Shown one piece after another: positions 24,903-36,300 of a stretch of DNA of 56,892 nt (position 1 is its first letter; the number at the start of each line of letters is the position of its first letter). The stretch comes from a virus (taxonomy: Duplodnaviria; Caudoviricetes): the IMG/VR virus record IMGVR_UViG_3300044979_000046, positions 1 to 56,892 of that record. The stretch is one strand, 5' to 3'. A program made the position numbers and the translations under genes. The notes below the pieces were generated by a model. The model did no database searches. It was not told where the DNA came from and saw only the letters and a program-made list of their open reading frames with translations.

Positions 24903-25726
24903 TTATCGCAAAGAACATGGGAGAAGCATATCTTTCGTTGTTAAAGCTTCTTTTACTGAATGGGAAAATTCAAACCATTAACCGATTGGACACGTATACC
25001 CAAGAAGTACTGGGTTTACAAATAGTGGTTCCAGCAAAATACAACTTTTTCTTTCATCCACAACGAGAAATAAACTATCGCTTTATGATTGCAGAATGGC
25101 TTTGGATAATGGCGGGAAGAAACGATCTTGCGACGTTAACCCGATACAACAGCAAGATGGGTAGTTTTTCAGATGACGGATTGAAGCTAGCAGGCGCTTA
25201 TGGGCCAAAGATAAAATCGCAATGGGAATATGTGGTAAAGACTTTAGCTTGCGACCGAACCTCGCGCCAAGCAGTCATGACAATTTGGGAAAGAAATCCA
25301 GCGCCGTCTAAAGATATTCCGTGTACGACTTCGGCGCAATTCATTATTCGCAATGAACAACTTCACGGTATTTTCACGATGAGGTCATCCGATGCCTGGT
25401 TGGGCATTCCTTACGATTGCTTTACTTTTGGGCAAATCATTAACTCGCTCGCCTCACGACTGGATGCCGCTCCTGGTTATCTTCATCTCATTATGGGTTC
25501 GTCCCATCTATACCAGGAAAATATCAGGAAAGCGCAAGCGGTCGTAGATTCGCCAGATAAAATGAAAAGCTTTGAAAGTCCGATTCTCGCCACAAGCTAT
25601 CCTCCAGCTGATAGTATACTGGTTAGCAATAAATTGTATCTTCCAGCAGTTTGGGAAAAATATCGAGAAGCTTTAATGTCAGGAACTAGTGAGAATTGCT
25701 TGAGAATTTTAACGGAGGGTCAATGA
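24899..25726 (+). CDS. Thymidylate-synthase-fold enzyme, probably dCMP hydroxymethylase/methylase
   Basis: AYG, SRQA, DIPC, MRSSDAWLGIPYD, SSHLY; Asp at the TS Asn177 position. Confidence 0.8.
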   Translation: MIIAKNMGEAYLSLLKLLLLNGKIQTINRLDTYTQEVLGLQIVVPAKYNFFFHPQREINYRFMIAEWLWIMAGRNDLATLTRYNSKMGSFSDDGLKLAGAYGPKIKSQWEYVVKTLACDRTSRQAVMTIWERNPAPSKDIPCTTSAQFIIRNEQLHGIFTMRSSDAWLGIPYDCFTFGQIINSLASRLDAAPGYLHLIMGSSHLYQENIRKAQAVVDSPDKMKSFESPILATSYPPADSILVSNKLYLPAVWEKYREALMSGTSENCLRILTEGQ

Positions 25727-25876
25727 TAGACTATGTACGAAACATATTGGGTTATTGCGGGGAATGCGGAAGTCCAGCCTTTGTCGCGGAGTTGCGCTTA
25801 AAGGGATGGCAACATGTTTTTCATCTTTGTGGACCGTGTTTATCAAAACTTCAAGCTAGCTTAACGGAGGCATCAC

Positions 25877-26410
25877 GTGTCGTCACGACTAACAATTGAC
25901 CAATATTGGTGCTCGCATCTTCGCTTAGTAGCACAACGCTCGACCTGCTTACGTCGCAAGGTTGGGGCCATTATTACAGATGAAAAGGGAGCGATACTCA
26001 GCAGCGGCTATAACGGTATGAGTTCTGGACTCATTCATTGCGGAGAGCCTGATAGTGCTTGCCCCGGAGAAAAAGGAAAACCGGGAGACTCTGGAAATGA
26101 AACAACTTCATGCTGGGCCGTCCACGCGGAGCAAAATTCGATCTTACAATGTCATCGATTGGATTTAGCTCATACCATGTATTGCACCAATTTCCCGTGT
26201 TTTACTTGCGCTAAGATGATTGGGAATTTGGGTATAAAAAAGATTGTAGCATTGGAAGATTATCCTGGAGATAAGCGTGGATTACAATTATTGTTATTGA
26301 AAGGTTTAAGCATTCGAGTTGGCGACCAACATGTTCGGATGATGGCTGACCTTTATCCCGACCCAAATGTCCTGCCACTCAGCTTGTACTATACGGATTC
26401 AATTTTATGA
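25877..26410 (+). CDS. dCMP deaminase
   Basis: RSTCLRRKVGA, GYNG, HAEQN, PCFTC. Confidence 0.9.
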   Translation: MSSRLTIDQYWCSHLRLVAQRSTCLRRKVGAIITDEKGAILSSGYNGMSSGLIHCGEPDSACPGEKGKPGDSGNETTSCWAVHAEQNSILQCHRLDLAHTMYCTNFPCFTCAKMIGNLGIKKIVALEDYPGDKRGLQLLLLKGLSIRVGDQHVRMMADLYPDPNVLPLSLYYTDSIL

Positions 26411-28260
26411 TTCAAGGCTCACTGTTCGCGAGTACAATGGTGCGAGAAGGCGAAGCGAAATGGTACGCGCCTGTTCCTCCAGATTTATCTGCATATAAGC
26501 GAATTTACCTTGACACGGAAACGACAGGGAAGAATCCTCATAAGGATTCTCCTGTAGGTATCGCGGTGGCTACTGAAGACATGAAGAAATGGTATCTTCC
26601 CTTTCTTCATGCTGAAGGTGGAAATCTGGATGAAAAGATCGTCAAGCGGTGGGCAAAGAAAGAACTTGTTGGAAAAGACCTGGTATTTCTCAATGCGAAG
26701 TTCGATAACGCGATGTTTTGGCGTTGGGGAATTGATCTGGAAGCGCAAGAAAACAGATTACACGACGTATCGTTTATGCCAGCTTTGTTGAACGAATACC
26801 GTCGTCGTTTTAATCTGGAAGAACTTTGCCAAGATTTCTTGGGTGCGGGAAAAGATCGCGGCATCCTGAAAGGCGAAAAAGCGCATATCGCTCAGATGCC
26901 AGCTAGCGTTGTTGGGCCTTACGCCGAGACTGACGCAATTCGATTGAAAGAACTAGAAGACGTTCTAGTCCCGAAGATCAAAGCGGAAGAATTGGACCGT
27001 GTACTTTCTCTTGAGGACAGTATTATTTATGCCGTATGCGAAATGGAACGAAACGGTGCTTTACTTGACCGTCCAAAACTCGAACGATGGAATGAAGAAC
27101 TCCAATCTAAGTACACTAAAATCATACTTGAAATCTACCAAGCTGTTGGCTTCCGGGTCAATCCTAACTCCGGTGACGACATGGCAAGACTTTTCCGATA
27201 TCTCGGAATCGATCCTCCACAAACAATTAAAGGCGCTCCTTCGTTTGAAGGTGACTATTTAGCGACGGTGCAAAATGAACTGGTTCAAAAAGCTTTACGT
27301 GCGCGTAGGTTTGCTTCTCTCCGGTCGAAGTATACAAAAAAATATCTTGATGCCATTGGGACTGACAACATATTACGGTTCTCACTCCATCAATTGCGAG
27401 GAGACAAAGAAGGCTCGCTTAAAGGCACAATTAGCGGACGTTTCTCGTGCGCTGCACCTTCGACGGGTGGCGCTAATATCCAGCAAGTTACAAAACCAGA
27501 CAAGCAACTCAAAAAGTTCGGTCCAGGTTATCTTATACGCGAATTATTCATTCCCGAACCCGGAAAGACTTGGGTGTCAGCCGACGCTTCGCAAATTGAA
27601 TTCCGACTCTTTGCTCATTATTCGGATTCAAAAAAGCTTATAAAGGCTTATCAGGATAACCCAGATGTTGACTTTCACCAAATGGTCTTGGAAATGGTGC
27701 AGCGGGTAAACCCTGACTTCATCCGATCCTTGGCCAAGAACGTTAACTTTGCAAAAGTATATGGCGCGGGAGAAGAAAAAACGGCAGAGATGCTCAGCCT
27801 TCCGATTCATGAATCGAACAAATTCGTACGTGCTTATGACGAAGAGTTTCCCGAAGTCAATATTTTACTTCACGGCGCAACTCGTTTAGCGATGCGAAGG
27901 AATTACGTCAAAACAATTTTGGGTCGCCGTGCTCGTTTCAATAAACCAACAAGTACCGATCCGGTTACGCGCCGCTTACAAGAAATAATGTATAAACCCC
28001 ATTCGGCTTTGAACCGTGTTCTGCAAGGTTCGGCGGCTGACATATTAAAGATTAAAACCAAAGAAGTCTACGATAACCGGAAACTTCTTGAATTAACAAT
28101 GCGATTGTCGGTTCACGATGAGATCGACGGTGACTTAGCGAATCCTGAAAAGAAAAACAAGATGCAAGAGTTATTGAACGAGCAATCAATCCAGTTTAAG
28201 GTTCCATTAACCTGGGATATCGAAACAGGAGAGAATTGGGCGTTAGGGGAAACGGCATGA
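26407..28260 (+). CDS. Family A DNA polymerase with 3'-5' exonuclease
   Basis: DTETTG, SGRFS, DASQIEFR, AKNVNFAKVYG, QGSAAD, VHDE. Confidence 0.95.
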   Translation: MIQGSLFASTMVREGEAKWYAPVPPDLSAYKRIYLDTETTGKNPHKDSPVGIAVATEDMKKWYLPFLHAEGGNLDEKIVKRWAKKELVGKDLVFLNAKFDNAMFWRWGIDLEAQENRLHDVSFMPALLNEYRRRFNLEELCQDFLGAGKDRGILKGEKAHIAQMPASVVGPYAETDAIRLKELEDVLVPKIKAEELDRVLSLEDSIIYAVCEMERNGALLDRPKLERWNEELQSKYTKIILEIYQAVGFRVNPNSGDDMARLFRYLGIDPPQTIKGAPSFEGDYLATVQNELVQKALRARRFASLRSKYTKKYLDAIGTDNILRFSLHQLRGDKEGSLKGTISGRFSCAAPSTGGANIQQVTKPDKQLKKFGPGYLIRELFIPEPGKTWVSADASQIEFRLFAHYSDSKKLIKAYQDNPDVDFHQMVLEMVQRVNPDFIRSLAKNVNFAKVYGAGEEKTAEMLSLPIHESNKFVRAYDEEFPEVNILLHGATRLAMRRNYVKTILGRRARFNKPTSTDPVTRRLQEIMYKPHSALNRVLQGSAADILKIKTKEVYDNRKLLELTMRLSVHDEIDGDLANPEKKNKMQELLNEQSIQFKVPLTWDIETGENWALGETA

Positions 28261-28592
28261 GTCAGATAACAGACGTTTTTCTTCGGGAATGGTTAGTCGA
28301 AGTGATTAAGCAAGGGAGAACTTCGAATCAAGCATTTAGAAAAATTGTTAAATTACTCGGGGGAACACTTGCTAGTGACGAATTTATCCATGGGATAGAA
28401 GATGATCTAAAATTCGCTAGACTTGAGGCGATTACCTCTGTGATGGATACAATTGAAGCCATCTACAAAGCATACAAGATGTCAGAAGAAGAGTTGAACA
28501 AAACAGGGTCCAGCAAATTAGGAGCGATGATCGGAGAACTTGACATGCTCCAGGAGTTACACAGGTTACTTTATGAACAGAAAAACTATTAA
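28257..28592 (+). CDS. Hypothetical protein
   Basis: ATGA overlap with the polymerase stop. Confidence 0.6.
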   Translation: MSQITDVFLREWLVEVIKQGRTSNQAFRKIVKLLGGTLASDEFIHGIEDDLKFARLEAITSVMDTIEAIYKAYKMSEEELNKTGSSKLGAMIGELDMLQELHRLLYEQKNY

Positions 28593-28687
28593 AATCTGCC
28601 ACACCTGCCAAGAGCCTTACCTTTTGAGAGTCCGAATCTACGGGCAGCTTTGCTGCCCACGTTGTGGTCACGTGGAGGGAATCCAAG

Positions 28688-29134
28688 ATGAACGAAGCAA
28701 GAATTACAGCCGAGCTGTTACATTTTCTAAGGACAAAAACACGGGGACTAATAATTAAGCATGCCGACCAAAGTACGATTGGCATTCCAGATATCTCAAT
28801 TACTTGCGGACACGAAACGCTTTGGCTTGAAGTCAAACTTATAAAGTATAAACGGGTAAAGCCAATGGAATTACGAAAGATTGTCGGATTCCCAGGGCCG
28901 CAAGCAAGGACAGTTTCGTTGCTCGACTTTCATGGAAGTGGATGCGGCTATGCTATCTTCTTTACAAACGGCGAAGAGTGGCACTTATACTTGCAAGACG
29001 GAGTAGAGATGGCGAACTTGTGCAACCAGAATCGAACGATTACTCCAGGGAAGGATATGCTTTACTCGAAGAGTTTTGAACAAGTTTGGGATTGGATTAT
29101 CAAACGGAGAAAATTCAAGGAGGAGTCCCTATGA
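28688..29134 (+). CDS. PD-(D/E)xK nuclease (VRR-NUC / resolvase-like)
   Basis: MNE..., GIPD, WLEVK. Confidence 0.8.
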   Translation: MNEARITAELLHFLRTKTRGLIIKHADQSTIGIPDISITCGHETLWLEVKLIKYKRVKPMELRKIVGFPGPQARTVSLLDFHGSGCGYAIFFTNGEEWHLYLQDGVEMANLCNQNRTITPGKDMLYSKSFEQVWDWIIKRRKFKEESL

Positions 29135-29721
29135 AGATGTACGAAGGCGCGGTTACTGAATTTATTGACAAGTATGGTCAATATCGGAGTTCTAACCCAA
29201 AACTTTGTCCACTCGTGGTAGCGATGCTTCGCGTACGTCTTATGGTTGAAGAGATGGGCGAACTAGCTGAAGCGATGGATAAGGGGAATATTCTTGGAAT
29301 CGCGGATGGGCTAGGCGATTTGCTTTATGTGGTGAGTGGGACGAGCGTCACCTACGGCCTAGCGTGTAACGTACCGCATAATCTAAAGCGTCATCTCGAC
29401 GCGGGTATCGCCTTCCGCTCCCTCGTGACGAATATGGGAAGATTAGTGTGTGCGATTCAAGAAGAAAAGCTAGCGCAAATCAGTGAGAACATCGGACTTA
29501 TCGGGTGGGATTTAATGGAAATCAGCCGAGTCTATGACCTTCCGTTATACGAGATTTTCTTTGAAATTCATCGTTCAAATATGACGAAAGCTTTACCAGA
29601 AGAAGGCGTCAAACAAGGCTCGAAGTACGGAAAGAAATTGGGACGAGATGGAAAAGGTCCAAGTTATGAACCACCCAATCTCGCCCCGCTTCTAAAATTA
29701 AAACAACACGCCACGCAATAA
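29131..29721 (+). CDS. MazG/PRA-PH-like NTP pyrophosphohydrolase
   Basis: EEMGEL..A, DGLGDLLYV, EIHRSNMTK, KGPSYEPP. Confidence 0.85.
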   Translation: MKMYEGAVTEFIDKYGQYRSSNPKLCPLVVAMLRVRLMVEEMGELAEAMDKGNILGIADGLGDLLYVVSGTSVTYGLACNVPHNLKRHLDAGIAFRSLVTNMGRLVCAIQEEKLAQISENIGLIGWDLMEISRVYDLPLYEIFFEIHRSNMTKALPEEGVKQGSKYGKKLGRDGKGPSYEPPNLAPLLKLKQHATQ

Positions 29722-29844
29722 ATGTTGGGCCTCCGCTACGTGGCAATACGGGCGCCCGTCAAATGGACTGTTTGGGCATGTGTGGAAAGATCCACTCATG
29801 ACCCACAGTCCACAGGATAGACAGTTATATCCGCTAATGAACAT
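29698..29844 (-). CDS. 48-aa CxxC/HxC peptide (not in ORF track)
   Basis: GGAGG RBS; MFISGYNCLSCGLWVMSGSFHTCPN... Confidence 0.45.
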   Translation of the reverse strand: MFISGYNCLSCGLWVMSGSFHTCPNSPFDGRPYCHVAEAQHLLRGVLF

Positions 29845-29853
29845 GGCACCTCC

Positions 29854-30588
29854 TTACCCAGATACTTCGTTCAAGTCAACCATAAACATATCCGTGTTGA
29901 TTTTTCCTTGGTAGTACGGAATCCAGTTTTCGGAAAGAATAGCGTGAGATTCATTACAGTAGATAGCCCAAAAACCCCACGACATCCAAAGCAACCTACC
30001 CCAAGTAACGCAAAGCAACCCATATTCATTGTAAGCCACGACGTATACGCAATGGCCACCCCAGGAACCAGGTTTAGCATTTGGGTTCTTTTGATAATCC
30101 TGAACAGGTTCCCATTTGTTTTGCATTTGCGCGGTTAAGGGGAGAGCGAGTCCAATATAAATTCCACCAAAGATACTGATGGCTTGCTTAACATGAACAC
30201 GATCTCCGGGGTCAGGATCGGCAAAGCCAAGAATCGTATGACCATCCAATCCGTTTTGACGCCAGTTATTCAGTACGTCAATTTCAACTCCGCCTTGATC
30301 CGTGCTAGGATCAGATGGGTTATAACCATCCCATTGTTCGTAATAAGAAAGGACGGTGCTGTCTGGAAGAGTAACGATTTCAGTTGTGTTCATTGTCCAG
30401 GTTTGAAGAGCGTGCGCGCATCCAGCGATAGTACAATCTCCCAACTGGTCGTTAAGCATCATTCCCCAATTCTGCATCCCTTTTGAAAAATCAATAAAGG
30501 GTGGAGGAGGTGGAAGTGCTTTGAGAAAGTATTTCGCCAGTCGCAACGTTCGCTCGTCGTGCTTGGGCGGTTTATTTCCCAACTTCAT
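29854..30588 (-). CDS. Papain-like cysteine peptidase
   Basis: NDQLGDCTIAG (Cys), GGHCVYVVAY (His), TWG. Confidence 0.7.
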   Translation of the reverse strand: MKLGNKPPKHDERTLRLAKYFLKALPPPPPFIDFSKGMQNWGMMLNDQLGDCTIAGCAHALQTWTMNTTEIVTLPDSTVLSYYEQWDGYNPSDPSTDQGGVEIDVLNNWRQNGLDGHTILGFADPDPGDRVHVKQAISIFGGIYIGLALPLTAQMQNKWEPVQDYQKNPNAKPGSWGGHCVYVVAYNEYGLLCVTWGRLLWMSWGFWAIYCNESHAILSENWIPYYQGKINTDMFMVDLNEVSG

Positions 30589-30589
30589 G

Positions 30590-31180
30590 TTAGTAAATAG
30601 CATACTGCGCCTTTCCCGCTGACTTCAGTTCTGCATTGAATTTCTTTTTGAAAGTCTTTTTTGACATGACTTGCGGGGTAACGGCCAACGTCTTTCCACC
30701 CTTTACTGAAACACGAGCGGCGACAGCCGGAAGCTGTGAAGCAAAACCAGCAAGAACCGATAGGATAATTCCCAAAAGACCATCGATTACACTTCCAAGA
30801 TGAGCATCAGGAATATTCAAATTAGCCCAGAACTCCTGAAGCAATCCTTGAACAACCGAAATCATCGTCGCGATTTTTCCGAGCAATGTTTGTTTATTCG
30901 CCGCAGGCGCGTTTTCGTAGTTCTCAATCGCAAGTTGAAGATCGGAGAACCCAGCCTTAACTGCTGTGATAATAGTGTTAATTGAGGTTCCGACAATTGG
31001 ATTGATAACTCCATCATCTTCCAGTATAGAAACAATAGAGCTAAAAGCCTGAAGGCCCACTGGAACGTAATTCATAATGTCAGCTTCGAGGCTGACAAGG
31101 AAAGCTGGGCAACCAGCAAGTGGAATCGTAGCAGCGGCAGTTCCCGCGCCAACAAGGAAATTTCTTCGTGACGTTATCAT
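30590..31180 (-). CDS. Putative Tat-exported lipoprotein in lysis cassette
   Basis: SRRNFL twin-arginine motif; LAGC lipobox. Confidence 0.65.
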   Translation of the reverse strand: MITSRRNFLVGAGTAAATIPLAGCPAFLVSLEADIMNYVPVGLQAFSSIVSILEDDGVINPIVGTSINTIITAVKAGFSDLQLAIENYENAPAANKQTLLGKIATMISVVQGLLQEFWANLNIPDAHLGSVIDGLLGIILSVLAGFASQLPAVAARVSVKGGKTLAVTPQVMSKKTFKKKFNAELKSAGKAQYAIY

Positions 31181-31590
31181 ACTAGTTCTCCTCCATTTTC
31201 AACTTGAATTGCTAAACGTTGTGCTCGCGCTCCAACTTGCTCTGCCCACTCGGAGTTAAGCATTTGTGCCTTAGCTTCAGTCCAATTTCCAACTTGCATA
31301 GCCGCTAGAAACTCCTTAAATTCGCTAAGGCCAGCGATTCCCATATTATAGGTCATATTAATCATCGCGTCCCGGCGAATTTCATCAAGCGCGTCTGTCC
31401 ACGGGTAACTTTGACTTAACGCTAAGGTTGCCGCAACGATATCATTATCACGCATCGTAATGGCTTCGGGTGAAGAGATACCGTCACGAGTAAGATTACG
31501 GCCTACACCAATCGTATAGTTTCCAGTTTCATCTTCATAAGGAAAAAGCCGAAGACCTTCGTCACGAGTAATCTGTTCAGCTAACGTCAT
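31177..31590 (-). CDS. Endolysin, T4-lysozyme-like (GH24)
   Basis: DEGLRL.PY.D..G..TIGVGRNL, NMTYNMG, SEWA.QVG.RA.RL. Confidence 0.9.
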   Translation of the reverse strand: MTLAEQITRDEGLRLFPYEDETGNYTIGVGRNLTRDGISSPEAITMRDNDIVAATLALSQSYPWTDALDEIRRDAMINMTYNMGIAGLSEFKEFLAAMQVGNWTEAKAQMLNSEWAEQVGARAQRLAIQVENGGELV

Positions 31591-31599
31591 TAGACCTCC

Positions 31600-31842
31600 T
31601 TATGTATTTACGTAACTGATTGGGTATTTCTTTCTAGCGATGATAACAATTATCACGTCTTGGTCCCATCGGGCTAAAGACGAAGTAGGCCGAGCTAAAG
31701 CCAATTCAATTTCTTGAGCATAGCGAGCGATTGAATCGGTCGTTTGTTCCAACGCCAACACCGCTTCTTGCGCGTCTCGCGCTTTTGATGATGTTGGCCG
31801 TAGAATTCCAAGCTCTACATCTTGATCGTCGCGTGCTGCCAT
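31600..31842 (-). CDS. Small hypothetical protein with internal repeats
   Basis: AR..Q repeats; coupled to the upstream gene. Confidence 0.55.
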   Translation of the reverse strand: MAARDDQDVELGILRPTSSKARDAQEAVLALEQTTDSIARYAQEIELALARPTSSLARWDQDVIIVIIARKKYPISYVNT

Positions 31843-31843
31843 A

Positions 31844-33331
31844 TTACGTTAGCTCCTTGACACCAAACGTCGCCGCATTAAAACCGGAAACGGTCCAACC
31901 TGTTAGAGTATTTGGGTCTGCTTCGAGAATTTGAATCCAGTATTGATACGTATTCGCTAAAGACTCTGGTGTCGTTAACGCGGTTGCGGAGCCGGATAAA
32001 CAAATTTGAGCCACGCTTCGACTTCCAGCATCGTCTTTTCGCATATAGGACAACCGGAATAATCCCACAATTACGCCGGAGAGGACAATCGACTGGTGCG
32101 CATAGTCGGTAATATTACCAGCCGTCGAATCAGAGATATAAACGTTGTCACCATTCGGTCGTGTGCCAGCGTTAGCGGAAGCGTTGTTAGTAGTCGCTAT
32201 GCCAATTTGGAGTGGATTCTGAAAAGCCGCCGATCCAGTTAATCCAGTTTGCGCACTTCCACCCGAGAAGCTAAGTGTGAGAGAGCCATTCGCTGACGCC
32301 GTACAAAGCACTCCGGTTTGATTATTTCCTGTCCCGCAACTAGTCGTGTTGAAGTAATAACCTTCATAGATGTTTGATGCTCCAGTTGTCCACGAACCTG
32401 TAAAGGTCCAGCTTGATCCACTTCCAGAGACAGCGGTTACCGTAAATGGGCCGACGTTAGCTGCCCAAGTGGAATTAACACCTGGACCATTCGGGTAGAC
32501 TTCAAAGATTCTTACATCTCCAAGGTAGCTAGCGGCTGCGGTAATCGGCGCATAGGACGGCGAAAAGGTTGCCCCACTAATTGCGCCAGTCCAAATACCG
32601 CTGGAATTTGCGCTTCCGGTAATCGTTCCAACAGTGATTCTTCCGTTCTGCCCAATTCCGTAGATCGTGGCGCTTGCACTGGTTCCAGATTGCGTAACTG
32701 TCTCTCCCGATTGAAAAACTCCGGTTACCGTAGAACCCATAATAAACGAAGTTGCGTTTCCATCAACAACATACATGTCTTTGATATAACCGGGATTAAA
32801 AGTATCTTGAAATTCAACCATGGCAGCAGTCGCGCCATAGACAGAACTCGCAGCGTTATTTAAACCGCTTGCGGTCGCGACGACAGAGCCGTTTACCCTG
32901 ACTTCACACGTGCCAGATGTTGTAGAAAGAATCGCTTTAAACTCAATATAATTCCAAGTTAAAAGGGATAAAGCGTAGGCACTTGTAGTTCCAATTGTTG
33001 TTCCATTCCGGGTAAAGTAAAGTTGGCCAGAACCATTAAAACGTAAATCACATTGTAAATTTGCGCCAGCGTCATAAAAGACGATTAACTGAAGGCCAGT
33101 ACCAAAATTAGTGACATAAAAACGCGCACCAGCATAAAGGGTACTGTAATTTCCTCCAAGGTTAATGGTTCGTAGCGCCGGAGCATTCGACAAGGCGAAT
33201 GTATCTTGCTCGTTAGAACCGGGGGCGGTTGATGAAATCGAGCCACCAGAAATTGTCGATATTCCAGGAATTACAGAACCAGAAAAAGCAAAGGCTAGGT
33301 TCCCACCGCTCATTGCAAAATCAACTGCCAT
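31844..33331 (-). CDS. Tail fibre/virion protein, lectin-like
   Basis: G/S/T-rich beta protein; WNYIEFK..EVRVNG LamG-like segment. Confidence 0.65.
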   Translation of the reverse strand: MAVDFAMSGGNLAFAFSGSVIPGISTISGGSISSTAPGSNEQDTFALSNAPALRTINLGGNYSTLYAGARFYVTNFGTGLQLIVFYDAGANLQCDLRFNGSGQLYFTRNGTTIGTTSAYALSLLTWNYIEFKAILSTTSGTCEVRVNGSVVATASGLNNAASSVYGATAAMVEFQDTFNPGYIKDMYVVDGNATSFIMGSTVTGVFQSGETVTQSGTSASATIYGIGQNGRITVGTITGSANSSGIWTGAISGATFSPSYAPITAAASYLGDVRIFEVYPNGPGVNSTWAANVGPFTVTAVSGSGSSWTFTGSWTTGASNIYEGYYFNTTSCGTGNNQTGVLCTASANGSLTLSFSGGSAQTGLTGSAAFQNPLQIGIATTNNASANAGTRPNGDNVYISDSTAGNITDYAHQSIVLSGVIVGLFRLSYMRKDDAGSRSVAQICLSGSATALTTPESLANTYQYWIQILEADPNTLTGWTVSGFNAATFGVKELT

Positions 33332-33332
33332 A

Positions 33333-36300
33333 TTAATTTAACCTCGCGATCTGAAGTGCCATCCAGAAACCAGCAAAGGTAGCGTCCACCGTAGCCGGAG
33401 CTAGAACTTGAAAAGTGTCAGAAAATCCATTAAAGCTTATTGCATTAGCAAATGTAAAGGTCGTAGTTGTTAAACCGGCAGTGAAATTAACTGTTCCAAT
33501 TGAGACTCCATCTTGCAACAGTTCCACCGCGCAATTCGCAGTTGGGGCAACGCGACAACCAGCCGCACAACCAACAAGAAATTGCGGAAAGACAATATTC
33601 CGAACTGGCTGTGTATAGTACAGTTCTTGACTTGGGCCATAGGTTCCAGCAACAGGCGGAATATACAAGTAGATGTCTGCAATTCCACCACCAGCTCCAG
33701 TCGTTACATTTTGCCATTGCGGAATACCGGATAACTGTCCTGTTGGTCCAATTAGCGCATAACCAGAAGGAATATTTTGAATACCAAATGGGCCGTGATT
33801 TGCGGCGATCACCGCTTCGATGCTTGTTACTCCAAAATTTTGCGTACCCGTTAACAATGCTCCCGTGGCTTGATCGATAGCGCCAGGTGATAAACCTTGA
33901 ATAAAAACCGCGTAAGCTGTTACGTTCGCAAGTGATTGAAGCTGATATCCATAAGCGTTAAAGCTTAAGAACTTGAAATAAATTGTGCTTCCCAAATATT
34001 GCGCGGGAACTTCATATATAATCGTCGCCTCATTTAATTGAGCGAAGATCGAACCAGCGGGATGGTCACAAGGAAAGGTTCCAAGTAAACCACGATGCAT
34101 AGTGGTAAGAGCATACGTATTTTGTCCAGTTAACGTGGCCGTCTCAAACGCGACTAATTCCAAGTTAGTGGAACTAGTTCCGTAAAGAGTTACCACCACA
34201 TCATTGATGTAGACCGTACTACTATATGCTCCTTGAACTTGCATCATAACGCCGAAGCCTTGCAAGCCTTGCGCATTTAAAGTTTGGATATCCCAATATC
34301 CAGAAGGCGCACCCCAGTTATCTACGTTAGAACCGAAAGTGTAATTTGTCGGAGTAGTCGTAATAACCTGGCTCTTTTGTCCGCCAATTCTTTGTTCTTC
34401 AGAAGTCATGATAACGGATAGATTACCAACCGAAGAAGAAGTGTAAGCGTTCATATTAACTTGAATTCCAGAAAGAATGAATCCAAATGGTAACTGGAAT
34501 CCAAAGTTAGTAGCATAAAGCCATTGCGTCAGATTTTGGCTTGCCGATAACGTCGCGGAAGCATAGGACGATGAAGAACTGACGTTTTGCGGATTCGACC
34601 AAGCTATTACCGAGCCAGCCGTTTCCCAAACAATTTCAACTTGAACATCTTTAATATAAAGCGTAGACGTTTGACCAACGGTTCCGGAGATTGAAGCTTG
34701 TAACTGAATGCCGAAGCTAGCCGAGTTAACAACGGTTGGCGTCAATGCTCCGATGAGGATGTTCCATTCGGTTAACGCGCCTGTATTACCCGCCGTTAAC
34801 GTTGTTGGGGAAGTCGGGTAGCTCGTATTTATTAACTGAATTGGCAATCCAAGTTGCGCACCATTGTAAGTTAACGCGGCAGAGATATTAGGAACATTTG
34901 AAATGCTCGATGCACTGCAATAGGTGAGTGCGGACATCTCTAACCCGATAATCGAGTTCGCACCTGTCGGAACGGTAAATTCTGGATTTAGAGCCAACAA
35001 ATAATCAGAAAAATTTTGATTTGCTGAAGCAGGTAAAATCGTACTTGCAGACCACGGAGAACCGCTCGTAGCTCCGGTATAAACGCCAAGAACTTGTGGA
35101 CCTTGCAACTGTTGCCAATCGATTTCAAATGAATAAGTACCGGCGCTTGGAAAATGAATCGTGTAATTTTCTGGGTGAAAGCCTTGGCCGTTAATTCCAC
35201 CAACTGTTGTTGGATTCGGTATCCCACCAGAATACGACGGGAAAGAATATCCCATTACGAGTGTTTCGGTGTGCGAAAAAGGATCGTCAGGAACAGATTG
35301 GCTACCGTTACCTGGATCAGACGCGCTAACAATCGAAGCTCCACCGGAGATAGCCCAGATCAATCCATCATCGTGGCTAATCGTAATAGAATAAGTTCCC
35401 GCAACGGGAATATAAAACTGGCCAACCAGACAAGTAAAGAAGCTTTGGCCTTGATCCCCTAAGTACGGTGTTGTAAACCCGGTAACAGTGCCAGAATTAT
35501 TAATTGTCGCCCATTGAATGGGGTGCGTATCTGGATCGCCCGACCCACCGTAATTCGACGGGGGTGTATTAAACATCAAAGAATTTCCAGTTGCGCTTCC
35601 AACACAATAAACACCGTTACCAAGCGATGCTCCAGGTGTTGTGCTAATCGGATAAAATTGTCGGATTGCGCCTTGCGGGTAAGTTATGCTATTGTAAAAA
35701 TAAGCGGTAACTGAACCTTGAAGATAAACCCCCGCTGGAAGAGTAGTGGGGTTTACCGTCATATTAATCGAAGCGTAGCTGGATGACCCGGTTACCCCAT
35801 TTGGATTCGTCCAAGGTAACCCAAGTCCAGCGGTAACATCTTCCGAAGCGTTAACAACTTGTGGGCCTTGTGATTCCGTTGTCCCTGTTCCGCCCGGAGA
35901 ACCAACGGCGGTTCCCATTCCAGCCGTTTCATCTTCTTCAAATGATTGGCCAGGAGACACAAGCGCCGAAAGAGTAGGCGAGCCAGAACCAGGGGGATTC
36001 CCATAATTCCAAGCAGTGGTTGAAGTACTTTGCAACACCGCGCCAGACTGTTCCATATTAACACTTAACGTATCGGTGGTATCTGGGTCAGCGTGCAAAG
36101 GATAATCGGAAGTCGTAATTCCAATCTTTCCTTCAGTCGTGTACTGATTGTAGTAGCGATAGGTAATTCCGTCAAGCGAAACCCACATCTGGAATCCACC
36201 CCAATTTACATTTGAACCGTTTACAAAGATATAAACCTGGTCACCTGTAAATTGCGCGGCTTGATTCGGAACCTCAAAAATGATAGCAGTCGCGTTACCG

